This document shows positions 50,678 through 64,000 of a stretch of 64,000 nucleotides of DNA, one piece after another (the stretch's first letter is position 1; the number at the start of each line of letters is the position of its first letter). The DNA lies in NCBI RefSeq assembly GCF_032444005.1, contig NC_091282.1:128092001-128156000 (forward strand), read 5' to 3'. The notes beneath the pieces were generated by a model. That model ran no database searches. It had not been told where the DNA came from and saw only the letters and a list, made by a program, of their open reading frames with translations. The translations under genes and the position numbers were made by a program. Source of the DNA: Ranitomeya imitator. Its lineage: Eukaryota.

Positions 50678-50819
50678 TGTTTCTCTTTTCTGCATAATCT
50701 GCACTTGTCCTTGCCCGCACAACCTTGTCCATGCAATTCTTTGTAAAATAAAGGACTAAGGATTTTTTTTATCAACATTTGGAGTGTTGCTGCTATTTTT
50801 CTTCATTTTGGGACTGCCC

Positions 50820-50990
50820 ATGTGTATCCATCCTAGCCCCCTCGCCCGTCATGTGCATTCATCCTGGGACATCATGTGTATCCATCCTGGCCCCCCCCAT
50901 GGGTATCCATCCTGTCCCCCCATGGGTATCCATCCTGGCCCCCCCATGGGTATCCATCCTGGCCCCCATGTGTATCCATCCTGGCCCCTT
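50820..50990. repeat. 24-bp minisatellite (GTATCCATCCTGGCCCCCCCATGG)
   Basis: Directly visible. Confidence 0.85.
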
Positions 50991-51517
50991 GTCCTGGCTT
51001 CATGCACACACACAGAGAGAGGAGGGGGGAAAAAAAACGATTCCTCTTACCTGCCTGCGCTCCCGGCGGCGTCCTCCTCCTCCGGCGTGCTCATAGTAAA
51101 ATGGACGCTGACATAGCAGAGGCTGGCGGTGAATGTGTGCTCTTCATTATTGATCATGACGTGTGCCGCGGCAGTTCAAGTAATGACCGCTGCGTGCGCC
51201 CCTGCACATACTCTGCCTGCGCTTGTAAAGGACCTGAGCCCCTAAAAACCGTAGACTTTTTTTCCCTTCTTCTCCTCCTCATCTCCTTATCCCACTGCCA
51301 AGGGACTACCGGAGATTTCCCCGATACCCCGCCAGGCCAGTCCGACCCTGTATGTTAGACAGTATTGTTTCTGGAAAACTGCACATCACCCATTCAGTCC
51401 CAGTGTCATAGTGTTGATAAGTATATTTTGTAGAAAATAAGTTGATGTGCAATAAATATTCTGGTTATTGCTGAATATACAGTATATTGAAAATCTTTAA
51501 AATTCTATGTTTAAATA

Positions 51518-53152
<1,635 letters not shown>

Positions 53153-53279
53153 TAGTTGCAAAAAGTTTCCGACTGCATTATTAGAGACTATGAATAAGTT
53201 CCCTTAATTAGCTGTTCCGCCAACCTTCCAGAATTGGATTTAATTCGCTGTTGCTTTCATAGAATCATAGCATCACCGA

Positions 53280-53880
53280 ACAAAACAGTGAGTGAAGGCC
53301 AAGGAGGACGCTAATCCTGAAAAAAAGAGAATAAACTGTGCCAAAACCTATATAGACTAACTGAAATCCTTCTGGGAAAATATCTTTTGGACAGATTAAA
53401 TCATATTTATAGACGTTAAAATGAAGCCTATACAGAAAAATACACACTACCTACAATGCAAAACAATGGAGAATACATAATGCTGTGGGGCTGCTTTGCT
53501 GCATCTTGGATTGGAGATCTTGATTGGGATATGGGGGAAATGAAATCTGAGAATTAACAGAGAATTTTAGAGAAAAATGTGCTTCTAAGTGCACGGAAAC
53601 TAGTTACGAGTTGAAAAACATGAGTCCTACAGCAGAATAATTACCCAAAACACACAACAAAGGTATACAAGAACAACTGAAAAGGACAAAATGGACTGTT
53701 GTAACCGGCTTGAAATGAGTTCTAATCTAAGTCCAGTTCCAGGTGAAAATATTTTGAGAAAACTGAAATCTGTTATCGAGAAAAGGAACCGTGCAAATAT
53801 TAAAAAACTTGAGAAAATGACAGTGGAAGGAACTACGAGCCGACAGCTGCAAGAAGCTCAGAAGCCAAAGGTTGTGCATC
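53280..53880 (+). pseudogene. older decayed Tc1 transposase fragment
   Basis: IMLWGCFAAS, QQNNYPKHT, MSSNLSP-like remnants with many stops. Confidence 0.75.
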
Positions 53881-56800
53881 AGGGAATGGTGCCTGTTATC
53901 CAGTCCATGTCATATACTATATTTTTTTCATTTTTTTTACAAACTTTTTTTTGCTGTATGTGTTCAGACATGATATTCTAGTGATACACAGTTGACCACA
54001 AATGCAGTGGCCACGAAACAGCAAAGTCTCGGGAACCTCATTTTCCAAATCTATGAAAGTCCCAAAAGTGGGAGCACATTTCAGAAGAAAACACTCCCTT
54101 AACATTAATATAATATACGTGAATACGCAATAATTAAATGCCTATATTTATGGAAATGTATCTTCTGTCTGGCACATTGTGCCCAGGTTCCCTTAGGATC
54201 GCCTATATACATGTGCTTGCTTAGGCTACTTTCACACATCAGGTTTTTTGTTTCAGGCTAAATCCGGCTCTTGATTCATTTGTCACAATTACGTCCACTG
54301 CTATTGATCAACTTGTGGGCAATCTTCACCCTGGGTATTACTGTGTTTTTCTAGATACAATTAGCACAATAGGCACTGGTTACAAAGCTGCATGTTATAT
54401 GGATCGACGTCCTCATTTCTTGTAATACCCAGTACTATGTTTGTTTGCAAATAATCTCTGATTTTAATACATATCTAATAAAATAATTTAAAGGGTATAT
54501 ACTCCTCTGGTTATTTTTTTAACCATTTTTTTGTGAAAAATATCTATTTATGACTGAGTTTAATTACCCATAAATTTCAGTGGGCTTTTTCTTGCTTGCT
54601 AAAATAAAAAAGAGGTATGCACATGTGTGCCAGCCTGGTAAGGGCCAAGAAGACTTTCCTTTGGTGAGCGAATGGAGCCTTATGGATATGTTTGAGAATT
54701 TCCCGGTGAATATGTGACACATGCAGTGCCATGACAGTGGCTTTTTATAAAGCCACATTCACAGGTGAAATATTTGGTCAGTGTTTTACATCAGTGTCGG
54801 TAAGTCAAAATATGATCGTTTGGATCTTTTCTTTCTGAAACCTAAGTAATAGCTGACTATATTATTCTTTATTATCTCTTGCAGCTTTCGGGAAGTGCAG
54901 ATGGCAGAAATCTACAAAGCTTGTCCTGCACCCTCAGCAAAGGGATGCTGCATTGTGTCTGGTAGTGAGCTGATGTGCATGTCATGATAATTCCTGCTGA
55001 GTGGATCATACATTATTCATAACTCCTCTGCTCCCGTACGCCTTTCTCTGACTCTTTGGAAGTGATTGTTATCCAGCAGCTCAGACTCACCACAGCGCCA
55101 TGTAATCTGTCAGTCAAGTGTCACCTCAAACGGAGGGGGTTATTTGTGCTTGTTAGTCAAGTGACATTGGTGTCTGCACATTCATATCGTTCTTTGGCCC
55201 AATTCATTCATTCACTGCCCAATTCACAACGATAACTTGAAAATCATGTGCCATAAATTAGCATCCATATGATTATATATACATATGGAAATAGTCCCAT
55301 GGAAGAAATACAGCCTAGATGAGGCAAAGCTAAATCTAGGGTAGAAATGACACTTTTATGCAATAAGGTATATAAAAATGAACAGATGAACAGTTTTATC
55401 TCCTTATAGGAGATTTCAAACACTTTTTCAAATTCGAAAAAAAGTAAAGAAACATTCTTTTCTGTATAATGACTTGCATATAATGCAAAACTTAAATATT
55501 ATTTAAAAAAAAAATCTGTTTAACCCCTTAATCCCATATGACGTACTATCTCGTCGAGGTGACCTGGACTTAATTCCCAGTGACAGGATAGTACGTCATA
55601 GTGGATCGGCCGCGCTCACGGGGGGAGCGCGGCCAATCGCGGCCGGGTGTCAGCTGACTATCGCAGCTGACATCTGGCATGATGTGCCAGGAGTGGTCAC
55701 GGACCACTCCTGGCACATTATCCCCGACACACTGTGATCAGAGATTACCGCAGCGTTCCAGCGGTACAGGGAAGCATCGCGCAGGGAGGGGGCTCCCTGC
55801 GTGCTTCCCTGAGACCCTCAGAGCAATGCGATGTGATCGCGTTGCTCTGGGGGTCTCCTAACTCCTCCTCCCTGCAGGCCCCGGATCAGAGAAGGCGCCT
55901 GCAAGCCTCCAGCAATGCACATCAGATCGCTCATCTGACACAGTGCTCTGCAAAGTGTCAGATCAGTGATCTGACCCTATAACATGATGCCCCCCTGGGG
56001 CAATGTTGTTAAGTTAAAAAAAAAATATTCAAATATGTAAAAGTAAATAAAAAAAAAAATTCTAAATAAAGAAAAAAATATATATATTGTTCCCATAAAT
56101 ACATTTCTTTATCTAAAAAAAACAAACAATAAAAGTACACATATTTAGTATCGCCGCGTCCGTAATGACCCGACCTATAAAACTGTCGCCTTCAGTGAAC
56201 AGCATAAAAAAAGAGGCAAAAAACAACACTTTATTATCATACCGTCGAACAAAAAGTGGAATAACACGCGATCAAAAATGCGGAAATAAATAACTATGGT
56301 ACCACTGAAAACATCATCTTGTCCTGCAAAAAACGAGCCACAATACAGCATCATCAGCGAAAAAATAAAAAAGTTATAGTCCTCAGAATAAAGCGTTGCA
56401 AATATAATTATTTTTTCTATAAACGTTTTTATCATATAAAAGCACCACAACATAAAAAAATGATATAAATGAGGTATCGCTGTAATCGTTCTGACCTGAA
56501 GAATAAAACTGCTTTATACATTTTACCAAACGTGGAACGGTATAAACTCCCCCCCACCCCCCCAAAAAAGAAATTCATGAATAGCTGGTTTTTGGTCATC
56601 CTGCCTCACAAAAATCGGAATAAAAAGCGATCAAAAAATGTCACATACCGAAAATGGTTTAAAAAAAAACGTCAACTCATCCCGCAAAAACAAGACCTCA
56701 CATGACTCTGTGGACCAAAATATGGAAAAATTATAGCTCTCAAAATGTGGAGACGCAAAAACTATTTTTTGCAATAAAATGCGTCTTTTAGTGTGTGACA

Positions 56801-56924
56801 GCTGCCAATCATAAAAATACGCTAAAAAACCCGCTTTAAATAGTAAATCAAACCCCCCTTCATCACCCCCTTAGTTAGGGAAAAATAATAAAATTTAAAA
56901 AATGCATTTATTTCCATTTTCCCA

Positions 56925-57430
56925 TTAGGGTTAGGGTTGGGGCTAGGGTTAGGGCTAGGGTTGGGGTTAGAGTTAGGGTTGGGGCTAGGGTTAGGACTAG
57001 GGTTAGAGTTAGGGTTGGTGCTAGAGTTGGGGCTAGGGTTAGGATTGGGGCTAGGGTTAGGATTGGGGCTAGGGTTAGGGTTGGGGCTAGGGCTGGGGTT
57101 AGGGGTGGGGTTAGGTTTAGGGTTGGGGCTAGAGTGGGGGGTAGGGCTACAGTTAGGGTTGGGGCTAAAGTTAGGGTTAGAGCTGAGGCTAAAGTTAGGG
57201 TTTGGATTACATTTACGGTTGGGATTAGGGTTGGGGGTGTGTCAGGGGTAGGGGTGTGGTTAGGGTTACAGTTGGGATTAGGGTTAGGGGTGTGTTGGGG
57301 TTAGGGGTGTGGTTGGAATTAGGGTTGTGGTTGGGATTAGGGTTAGGGGCATGTACGGGTTAGGGGTGTGGTTAGAGTTATGGTTAGAGTTGGGATTAGG
57401 GTTAGGGGTGTGTTTGGGTTAGGGTTTCAG
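56925..57430 (+). repeat. degenerate telomere-like (TTAGGG/CTAGGG/TTGGGG)n tract
   Basis: Directly visible 6-bp-phased G-rich repeats. Confidence 0.92.
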
Positions 57431-58331
57431 TTAGAATTGGGGGTTTCCTCTTTTTAGGCACATCAAGGGTTCTCCAAAAACGCGACATGTAGTCCAATCT
57501 CAATTCCAGCCAATTCTGCGTTGAAAAAGTAAAACAGTGCTCCTTCCCTTCCGAGCTCTCCCGTGCGCCCAAACAGGGGTTTACCCCAATATATGGGGTA
57601 TCAGCGTACTCAGGACAAATTGGACAACAAATTTTGGGGTCTTATTTCTATTGTTGACCTTGGGAAAATAAAAAAACATTTTTGTGGGAAAAAAATGATT
57701 TTTTATTTTCATGGCTCTGCGTTATAAACTGTAGTGAAACACTTAGGGGTTCAAAGTTCTCACCACACTTCTAGATAAGTTCCTTGGGGGGTCTAGTTTC
57801 CAATATGGGGACATTTGTGGGGAGTTTCTACTGTTTAGGTACATTACGAGCTCTGCAGACGCAATGTGACGCCTGCAGACCATTTCATCTAAGTCGGCAT
57901 TCCAAACGGCGCTCCTTCCCTTCTGAGCTCTGCCATGCACCCAAACGGTGGTTCCCCCCCACATATGGGATATCAGCGTACTCAGGACAAATTGGACAAC
58001 AACTTTTGGGGTCCAATTTCTCCTGTTACCTTTGGGAAAATACAAAACTGGGGGCTAAAAAATAATTTTTGTGAAAAAAAAAAAATTATTTTCATGGCTC
58101 TGCGTTATAAATTGTAATGAGAAGAACAAGGAGCACTGAGCGCACTACTATAATATATAGAAAAATCCTACCTGGGGTGCAAGAGTGGCAAACATATTAT
58201 TGCAAAAGAAAAAAGGAAAGAAAGCCACCATGAACAGGCACACCACAGGCGCATAAGACACCAATAAGTCACATTTAAGAAACAAGAAGTTTATTGGCAC
58301 ACCACACAAAGATTAAAACATAATTAAAACA

Positions 58332-61300
58332 CACCCACGGGGCCCGCAAACATTTATCTCACACATTAAAAATGCTAAGGGTAAAGAGGTTCATAGACCT
58401 GGGGATATTCTGTCTAGTTTTCATGATTATTACAGATCTCTCTACAACATAAACGGCCAATATAAAGATCTCCCTGTCCACTCCCTACAAGAGAAAATCA
58501 AATTCTACATCCAACAAAATAAATTACCCACAATTTCTGAGGAAATCCTAGCTAATTTAGAAGACGATTTTACCTTAGAGGAGGTCTCCTCTGTAATACA
58601 AAACCTAAAGCTAGGCAAAAGCCAGGGCCCTGACGGCTACACAGCAGGCTTCTATAAGCAGTTCACGGATTTACTGAGCCCCCCATTCTTATCAACTTGT
58701 AACTTTGTTTCCTCAGGGGGTTCTTTCCCTCCACAGGCCCTAATTGCCCATATCACAGTTATCCCTAAACCAGGAAAAGATCCATTCCTCTGCAGCAATT
58801 ATCGCCCCATCTCACTTATAAATTTAGATGTAAAAATCTATGCCAAAATGATCTCAAAGAGACTCAATAATCTCTTGCCCCACTTGGTTAACCAAGACCA
58901 GGTGGGTTTTGTACCCGGAAGGGAACCAAGGGACAACACTATTAGATCTATCGCTTTGATTGATAGCGCAAATAGAAGAGGTGAACCTTTATGTATTTTA
59001 TCGATGGATGCAGAAAAAGCATTCGATAGAGTGGGATGGGAATTCATGTACCAAATGCTCGAGGGAATCGGTTTGCGGAGGAGGGCATTGTGGAGTATTA
59101 GGGCCCTCTATGAGTCTCCTTCTGCTCAGGTCAGGGTAAACGGCTCGCTGTCAGACTCTTTTCATATTCATAATGGTACAAGACAGGGGTGTCCCTTGTC
59201 CCCCCTGCTATACGTACTAACCATGGAGCACTTGGCAACTACAATCCGTAACAACCCATCTATAGCGGGAGTGAGGATCCAATCAGAAGAACATAAACTA
59301 GCACTGTTTGCTGACGATGTACTTATGTATGTCACCTCCCCCATTACCAGCCTACCCAATATCCTCTCAGAATTACATAAATTCGGCTCCCTAAGTAATT
59401 TCAAAATAAATTCACATAAGTCTGAAATACTAAACATCTCATTACCGTCCTCTCTAGTCTCCCAATTAAGCTCCTCTTTTCCATTCCGATGGCGATCCGA
59501 CTCTCTTGACTATCTGGGTATAAAATTAACAGCCAAGCCTCTACAATTATATGACGCCAATTATAAAGTAGCTCTGAACAAAGCAGAGCTCGACCTGGAG
59601 AAATGGAACAAATTACATCTATCATGGCTGGGAAGAATTAATGCTATTAAAATGGATTTACTCCCGTGCCTCCTTTACTTCTTCCAGACCATTCCTCTGT
59701 TCCTACCAGCGTCGTTCTTCTCCAGACTCAAGACAGCAATAACGAGGTTTGTTTGGTCAGGGAAGCGCCCACGCCTGGCATACCGTCTCCTGAGAAGAAC
59801 TAAATTAACTGGGGGGTTGGGCCTCCCGGATTTCTCCCTTTACAACAACGCATCCCTTGGAACCTGTCTCCTAGATTTATTCCACCACAAATCCAATAAG
59901 AAATGGGTTGGTTTAGAAATGAGGCTCACAAGCAAAAAGCCTCTAACTCATATCTGGAGGGGGGGAATCACGAACGCTCAGCGAAATGACCTACCCCTTA
60001 TAACAAGGAACCTAATCCTATTCATTAAACATGGTTATCAAAAGCTTAACACCTCTTCCATTCCAGGCCCCTTAACCTCAATCTCTGATAACTTAGACTT
60101 CCCAGTGGGTTTAGACAAAATTAATTTTTTACACAAACATAAGGACGACTACCCAGTAGTCCATGACTATATAGAACAGGACTCGATAAAACCCCTGAGG
60201 ATGATTTTTGCAGGAGCTGAGCCACCGCCAGGCTCTTGGCTCCTCCATGAACAAATTAAAAGCTACCTCATCAAATTATCCAAACAGACTGACATCTACA
60301 GACCACTTACTCCTTTTGAGTCTGCGTGCCTGGGTGGGGACCCTCCAATGCACACGGTATCATTATTATACAAAATGTTTCAAGGGCACCAAATAACCCC
60401 AGACAACTCCACTATATTCTTTTCAAAATGGGAGAATGAACTAGGTGAACAACTACCACCGGAAGATCACGACACAAAAACCTTCTCTTCACCTTCAGAT
60501 CCTCTCTATGCTCAGACTATCAAGAGAGAAGCTATAGACTCTTGTCTAGGTGGTACAGATGTCCATCAAGTGTCCATATTATCTACCCCACCACCCCGGA
60601 TACTTGCTGGAGGTGCTGGGAGGTTGAGGGGACATACTCACATGTCTGGTGGTCCTGTCCACATATACATGAGTTTTGGGAAGATATCTTTGAACTTCAC
60701 AATAAACTATCCTTCCACAAAATCCAACCTACAATGGAATTAGCCTTATTATCCATTTGTGACCTCTCCATTGCCAAATTCAAGAAAGGCTTGTTGAGAC
60801 ACTTCCTAGCGGCAGCTCGTAACCTGATTCCCCGCTACTGGAAGCAATCTAAATCCCCTTCCCGCTCTGATTTCACAATGGAACTCAATCACATTTTTAG
60901 AATGGAGCAACTGATTGGTCAAGACACTGGAACCTCGGACAGGGTGTTTGGGGTCTGGTCTCCTTGGATCGCCTTTAGGGAAACTGATGAACTAAATAAC
61001 TGGTTACGCTAAATAACTAGCCCAGTACACCAGAAACCCATACTCACCATTTACCCTGACAATGGGACTAATATTGTACCACCATGAAAAACTACAGACT
61101 CCAGTTCACTTGGACCAGAAACTGGATTCTTATTCCCTTCCTACCACACCCACATCCTCTCCACTCCTACCCCTACCTCACCTTTTTTTTCTCCCCTTTT
61201 TTCTCTTTCTCTTTTCATCTTATCTTCTTTCTTTCGACTACTCGTCTTCTTCTCCTATCATAACCTAGCTCATCCGTAGAATCTCCTTTAGGAGTTTAGT

Positions 61301-61712
61301 ATTACGGGGAACCTAGTCACCACTACTCCCATTTAATAAATAAATAATATCTCCGTAACTCATAAAAGTGGAGTAGCGGGATCTCGGGGATTGTAATGTC
61401 TACAAACCTATATTACAATCATTAATAAATCCTTAATGTACTAAATGTAGTATGTCCATGTTCATAGGACTAGAACTATAATAACCAGCTTACAATACCC
61501 CAACTCCCTTTTCTTTTTTATTTTCTTTATACTCTCTTTGTTGAGACAGTTACATTTTTATTACAATATTGCAAGAGTGACAAATATTAGATATACAATA
61601 TGATTTGAATAATGATTATCTTACATTTTTGTACGTGTTTATAAATGCAAATTATTACTGTAATTCTCATGTTTTTTCATAAACAATTCAATAAACCTGA
61701 TTTACAAAAAAA
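58332..61712 (+). mobile_element. 5'-truncated L1-clade LINE
   Basis: 17-bp TSD AAAACATAATTAAAACA at a TT|AAAA site; AATAAA at 61690 and short poly(A); ORF2 remnant. Confidence 0.95.
58380..61012 (+). pseudogene. L1 ORF2 (RT and C-terminal Cys domain), truncated, frameshift near 60540
   Basis: NYRPISL, RQGCPLSPLLY, LFADD, CWRC..HVWWSC motifs in ORFs 58848-60743 and 60542-61012. Confidence 0.92.
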
Positions 61713-62353
61713 AAACATAATTAAAACAATACAACATGAGAAACTTGGTCCATGTACATATAATAATATATAATATTTCAGTAAACAACTACATGCCTGC
61801 ACAAAAACATGAGTATAAGTCTACCCCCTGGCTCATGGGACTAGAGCAAAAAAATGCTGTGAAAAATCCACATATAGACTGCCCGTATCCAACAGGCAAA
61901 TAGAAATAAACCCAAAGGAGGCGGAAAGTGACCTGACTGCAGTACCTAGTAGTAAGCCACCTAGAAACCACAGGTGGATGGAATTGGAAAATACCTCGCA
62001 AGAGCAGATCAGGCCCTGCCAAAAATATGCAGTGTTAGAGTGTTAAACTGCCCATGGTCGAACCAGAACGTATAATATTACCCAAAAGGAGTAACAAGGG
62101 ACAAAGTCCCCGTGTGCAGGCAGGCTGGACCAAGAGACGCGACCCCACGCGTATCGCCCTCTAAATAGGGCTTCCCCTGACTTTGTCCCTTGTTACTCCT
62201 TTTGGGTAATATTATACTTTCTGGTTCGACCATGGGCAGTTTAACACCCTAACACTGCATATTTTTGGCAGGGCCTGATCTGCTCTTGCGAGGTATTTTC
62301 CAATTCCATCCACCTGTGGTTTGTGGGTGGCTTACTACTAGGTACTGCAGTCA

Positions 62354-63112
62354 TGGAAACAGGAACACATGGGCTACTTGCACAGTGAACAAGTCTGTAT
62401 GATCATGTTCACACACCACCAAGAAACCTGAAGACACAAAAGAGAATAGTAAAACCAAAAACACTCAGTTTGAAAAAATGTTGCAGTAATCCGCAAGTGC
62501 TAGTAAAAGATGTAAAAAACAGGGTATTTGGTTGATACGTTTTTTGCAAAAAATGTATACTAAGCTGCTCTACCAATCTTCACGGTATACCCTTATCAGA
62601 GCAGTCCTAACTAATGTATGCAATCCCTATCTGATGTATTTAAAAACCTGATCATCTGTATATAACCTGTGTGAACAGGGTTCAGAGAGGAAAAAATCCA
62701 TGTGTGCATGTGTGGAACTCCCCAGTCTTGTAGACACAAGACATGTTTCCATAATTGTTCTCTTGTGTCTACAAGACTGGGGAGTTCCACCACTCCTCTT
62801 GGGCTATCTGCACAAAAGCTGTTCTACCCTGTATGCACACATGGATTTTTTCCTCTCTGAACCCTGTTCACACAGGTTACATACAGATGATCAGGTTTTT
62901 AAATACATCAGATAGGGATTGCATACATTAGTTAGGACTGCTCTGATAAGGGTATACCGTGAAGATTGGTAGAGCAGCTTAGTATACATTTTTTGCAAAA
63001 AACGTATCAACCAAATACCCTGTCTTTTACATCTTTTACTAGCACTTGCGGATTACTGCAACATTTTTTCAAACTGAGTGTTTTTGGTTTTACTATTCTC
63101 TTTTGTGTCTTT
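62354..63112 (-). mobile_element. second fold-back Penelope-like element nested in the right arm of the first
   Basis: 14-bp TSD AGGTACTGCAGTCA (62340-62353, 63113-63126); 279-bp arms 62431-62709/62833-63111; 30-bp hairpin 62712-62741/62761-62790; GAAACATGTC on the minus strand in the hairpin loop. Confidence 0.7.
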
Positions 63113-63711
63113 AGGTACTGCAGTCAGGTCACTTTCCGCCTCCCTTGGGTTTATTTCTATTTGCCTGTTGGATACGGGCAGTCTATATGTGGATTTTTCA
63201 CAGCATTTTTTTGCTCTAGTCCCATGAGCCAGGGGGTAGGCTTATACTCATGTTTTTGTGCAGGCATGTAATTGTTTACTGAAATATTATATATTATTAT
63301 ATGTACATGGACCAAGTTTCTCATGTTGTATTGTTTTACTTATGTTTTCATCTTTGTGTGCTGTGCCAATAAACTTCTGGTTTCTTATATGTGACTTATT
63401 GGTGTCTTATGCGCCTGTGGTGTGCATGTTCATGGTGGCTTTCTTTCCTTTTTTCTTTTGCAGTAAATTGTAATGAAACACTTGGGGGTTCAAAGCTCTC
63501 ACAACACATCTAGATAAGTTTCTTAGGGGGTCTACTTTCCAAAATGGTGTCACTTGTGGGGGGTTTCAATGTTTAGGCACATCAGGGGCTCTCCAAACGC
63601 GACATGGTCTCAATTCCAGTAAATTTTGCATTGAAAAGTCAAATGGCGCTCCTTCCCTTCCGAGCACTGCCATGCGTCCAAACAGTGGTTTACCCCCACA
63701 TATGGGGTATC

Positions 63712-64000
63712 TGTTGTGAATTCTGTTATCGAACTCCCTCCTGTGGTCATGAATGGTACTTCGGCGAGTTCTGTCCATAGACTGCCTCTGGTGGCTGAGT
63801 GGAGCTGCTGCTTCTGAGGTTCCTTCCACAGGTGACTTAGATTATTCTTTGGCTGGCTGCTCTATTTAACTCCACTCAGATCATTACTCCATGCCAGCTG
63901 TCAATGTTCTTGTACTGGTTCAGTTCGCTCTTGGATCTTTCTGGTGACCTGTCTACTCCAGCAGAAGCTAAGTCCCTGCTAGTTAATTATTTGTTCATTG
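63712..64000 (+). mobile_element. family B LTR, truncated by the window edge
   Basis: TGTTGTGAATTCTG start, similar to the 1574 and 11370 LTRs. Confidence 0.92.

Larger units (their letters stand above)
48253..51350. mobile_element. hAT-like non-autonomous element (3098 bp) carrying several tandem arrays
   Basis: TIRs CAGAGTTGGACTGG / CCAGTCCGACCCTG; exact 8-bp TSD TATGTTAG. Confidence 0.88.
58121..63463 (-). mobile_element. fold-back Penelope-like element: ~510-bp inverted arms, 70-nt loop, 80-nt unpaired 3' tail
   Basis: 13-bp TSD TAAATTGTAATGA (58108-58120, 63464-63476); arms 58201-58331+61730-62108 versus 62179-62353+63127-63462; degenerate hammerhead in the loop. Confidence 0.75.
57470..63711. 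repeat. ~372-bp tandem repeat (57470-58120, resuming 63464-63711)
   Basis: CAGCGTACTCAGGACAAATTGGACAACAA at 57602 and 57974; the unit resumes after the 13-bp TSD. Confidence 0.85.
55524..64000. mobile_element. large piggyBac-like non-autonomous element (left end), hosting telomere-like repeats, a ~372-bp array and nested insertions
   Basis: TTAA|CCCCTT terminus, hairpin-rich first 400 bp; right end outside the window, so family assignment is inferred. Confidence 0.55.

Noticed and set aside
56937-57251. Gly-Leu repeat ORF
   Set aside because: Translation of telomere-like hexamers
62936-62980. CTGCTCTGATAAGGGTATACCGTGAAGATTGGTAGAGCAG resembling a hammerhead
   Set aside because: Core deviates at several invariant positions (CUGAUAA, GAAG) and stem III cannot form

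Overview
Eukaryotic (vertebrate, most likely anuran amphibian - inference from the repeat families) repeat-dense window made almost entirely of nested transposable elements and tandem arrays, with no confidently identifiable host gene. It holds two Ty3/Gypsy LTR families. Family A has gag/pol with a -1 frameshift signal and 4-bp TSDs: one decayed near-full copy and three solo LTRs. Family B is a chromodomain-integrase, Tf1/sushi-like family with 6-bp TSDs and a self-priming PBS: one intact single-ORF copy, one broken copy, four LTR-only copies and an older decayed relative. Also present: Tc1 transposons (one intact except for a 28-bp micro-inversion), hAT-, Harbinger-, piggyBac- and Helitron-like non-autonomous elements carrying minisatellites, a 3.5-kb satellite with higher-order structure, a 5'-truncated L1, and several Penelope-like pieces with hammerhead-ribozyme motifs. 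The most unusual structure is at 58108-63476: a fold-back Penelope-like element containing an L1 in one arm and a second fold-back element in the other, with fold-back junctions falling at hammerhead cores. An unidentified, diverged 1.36-kb tandem unit sits at 38059-41444. All alignments were done by eye and no databases were searched.
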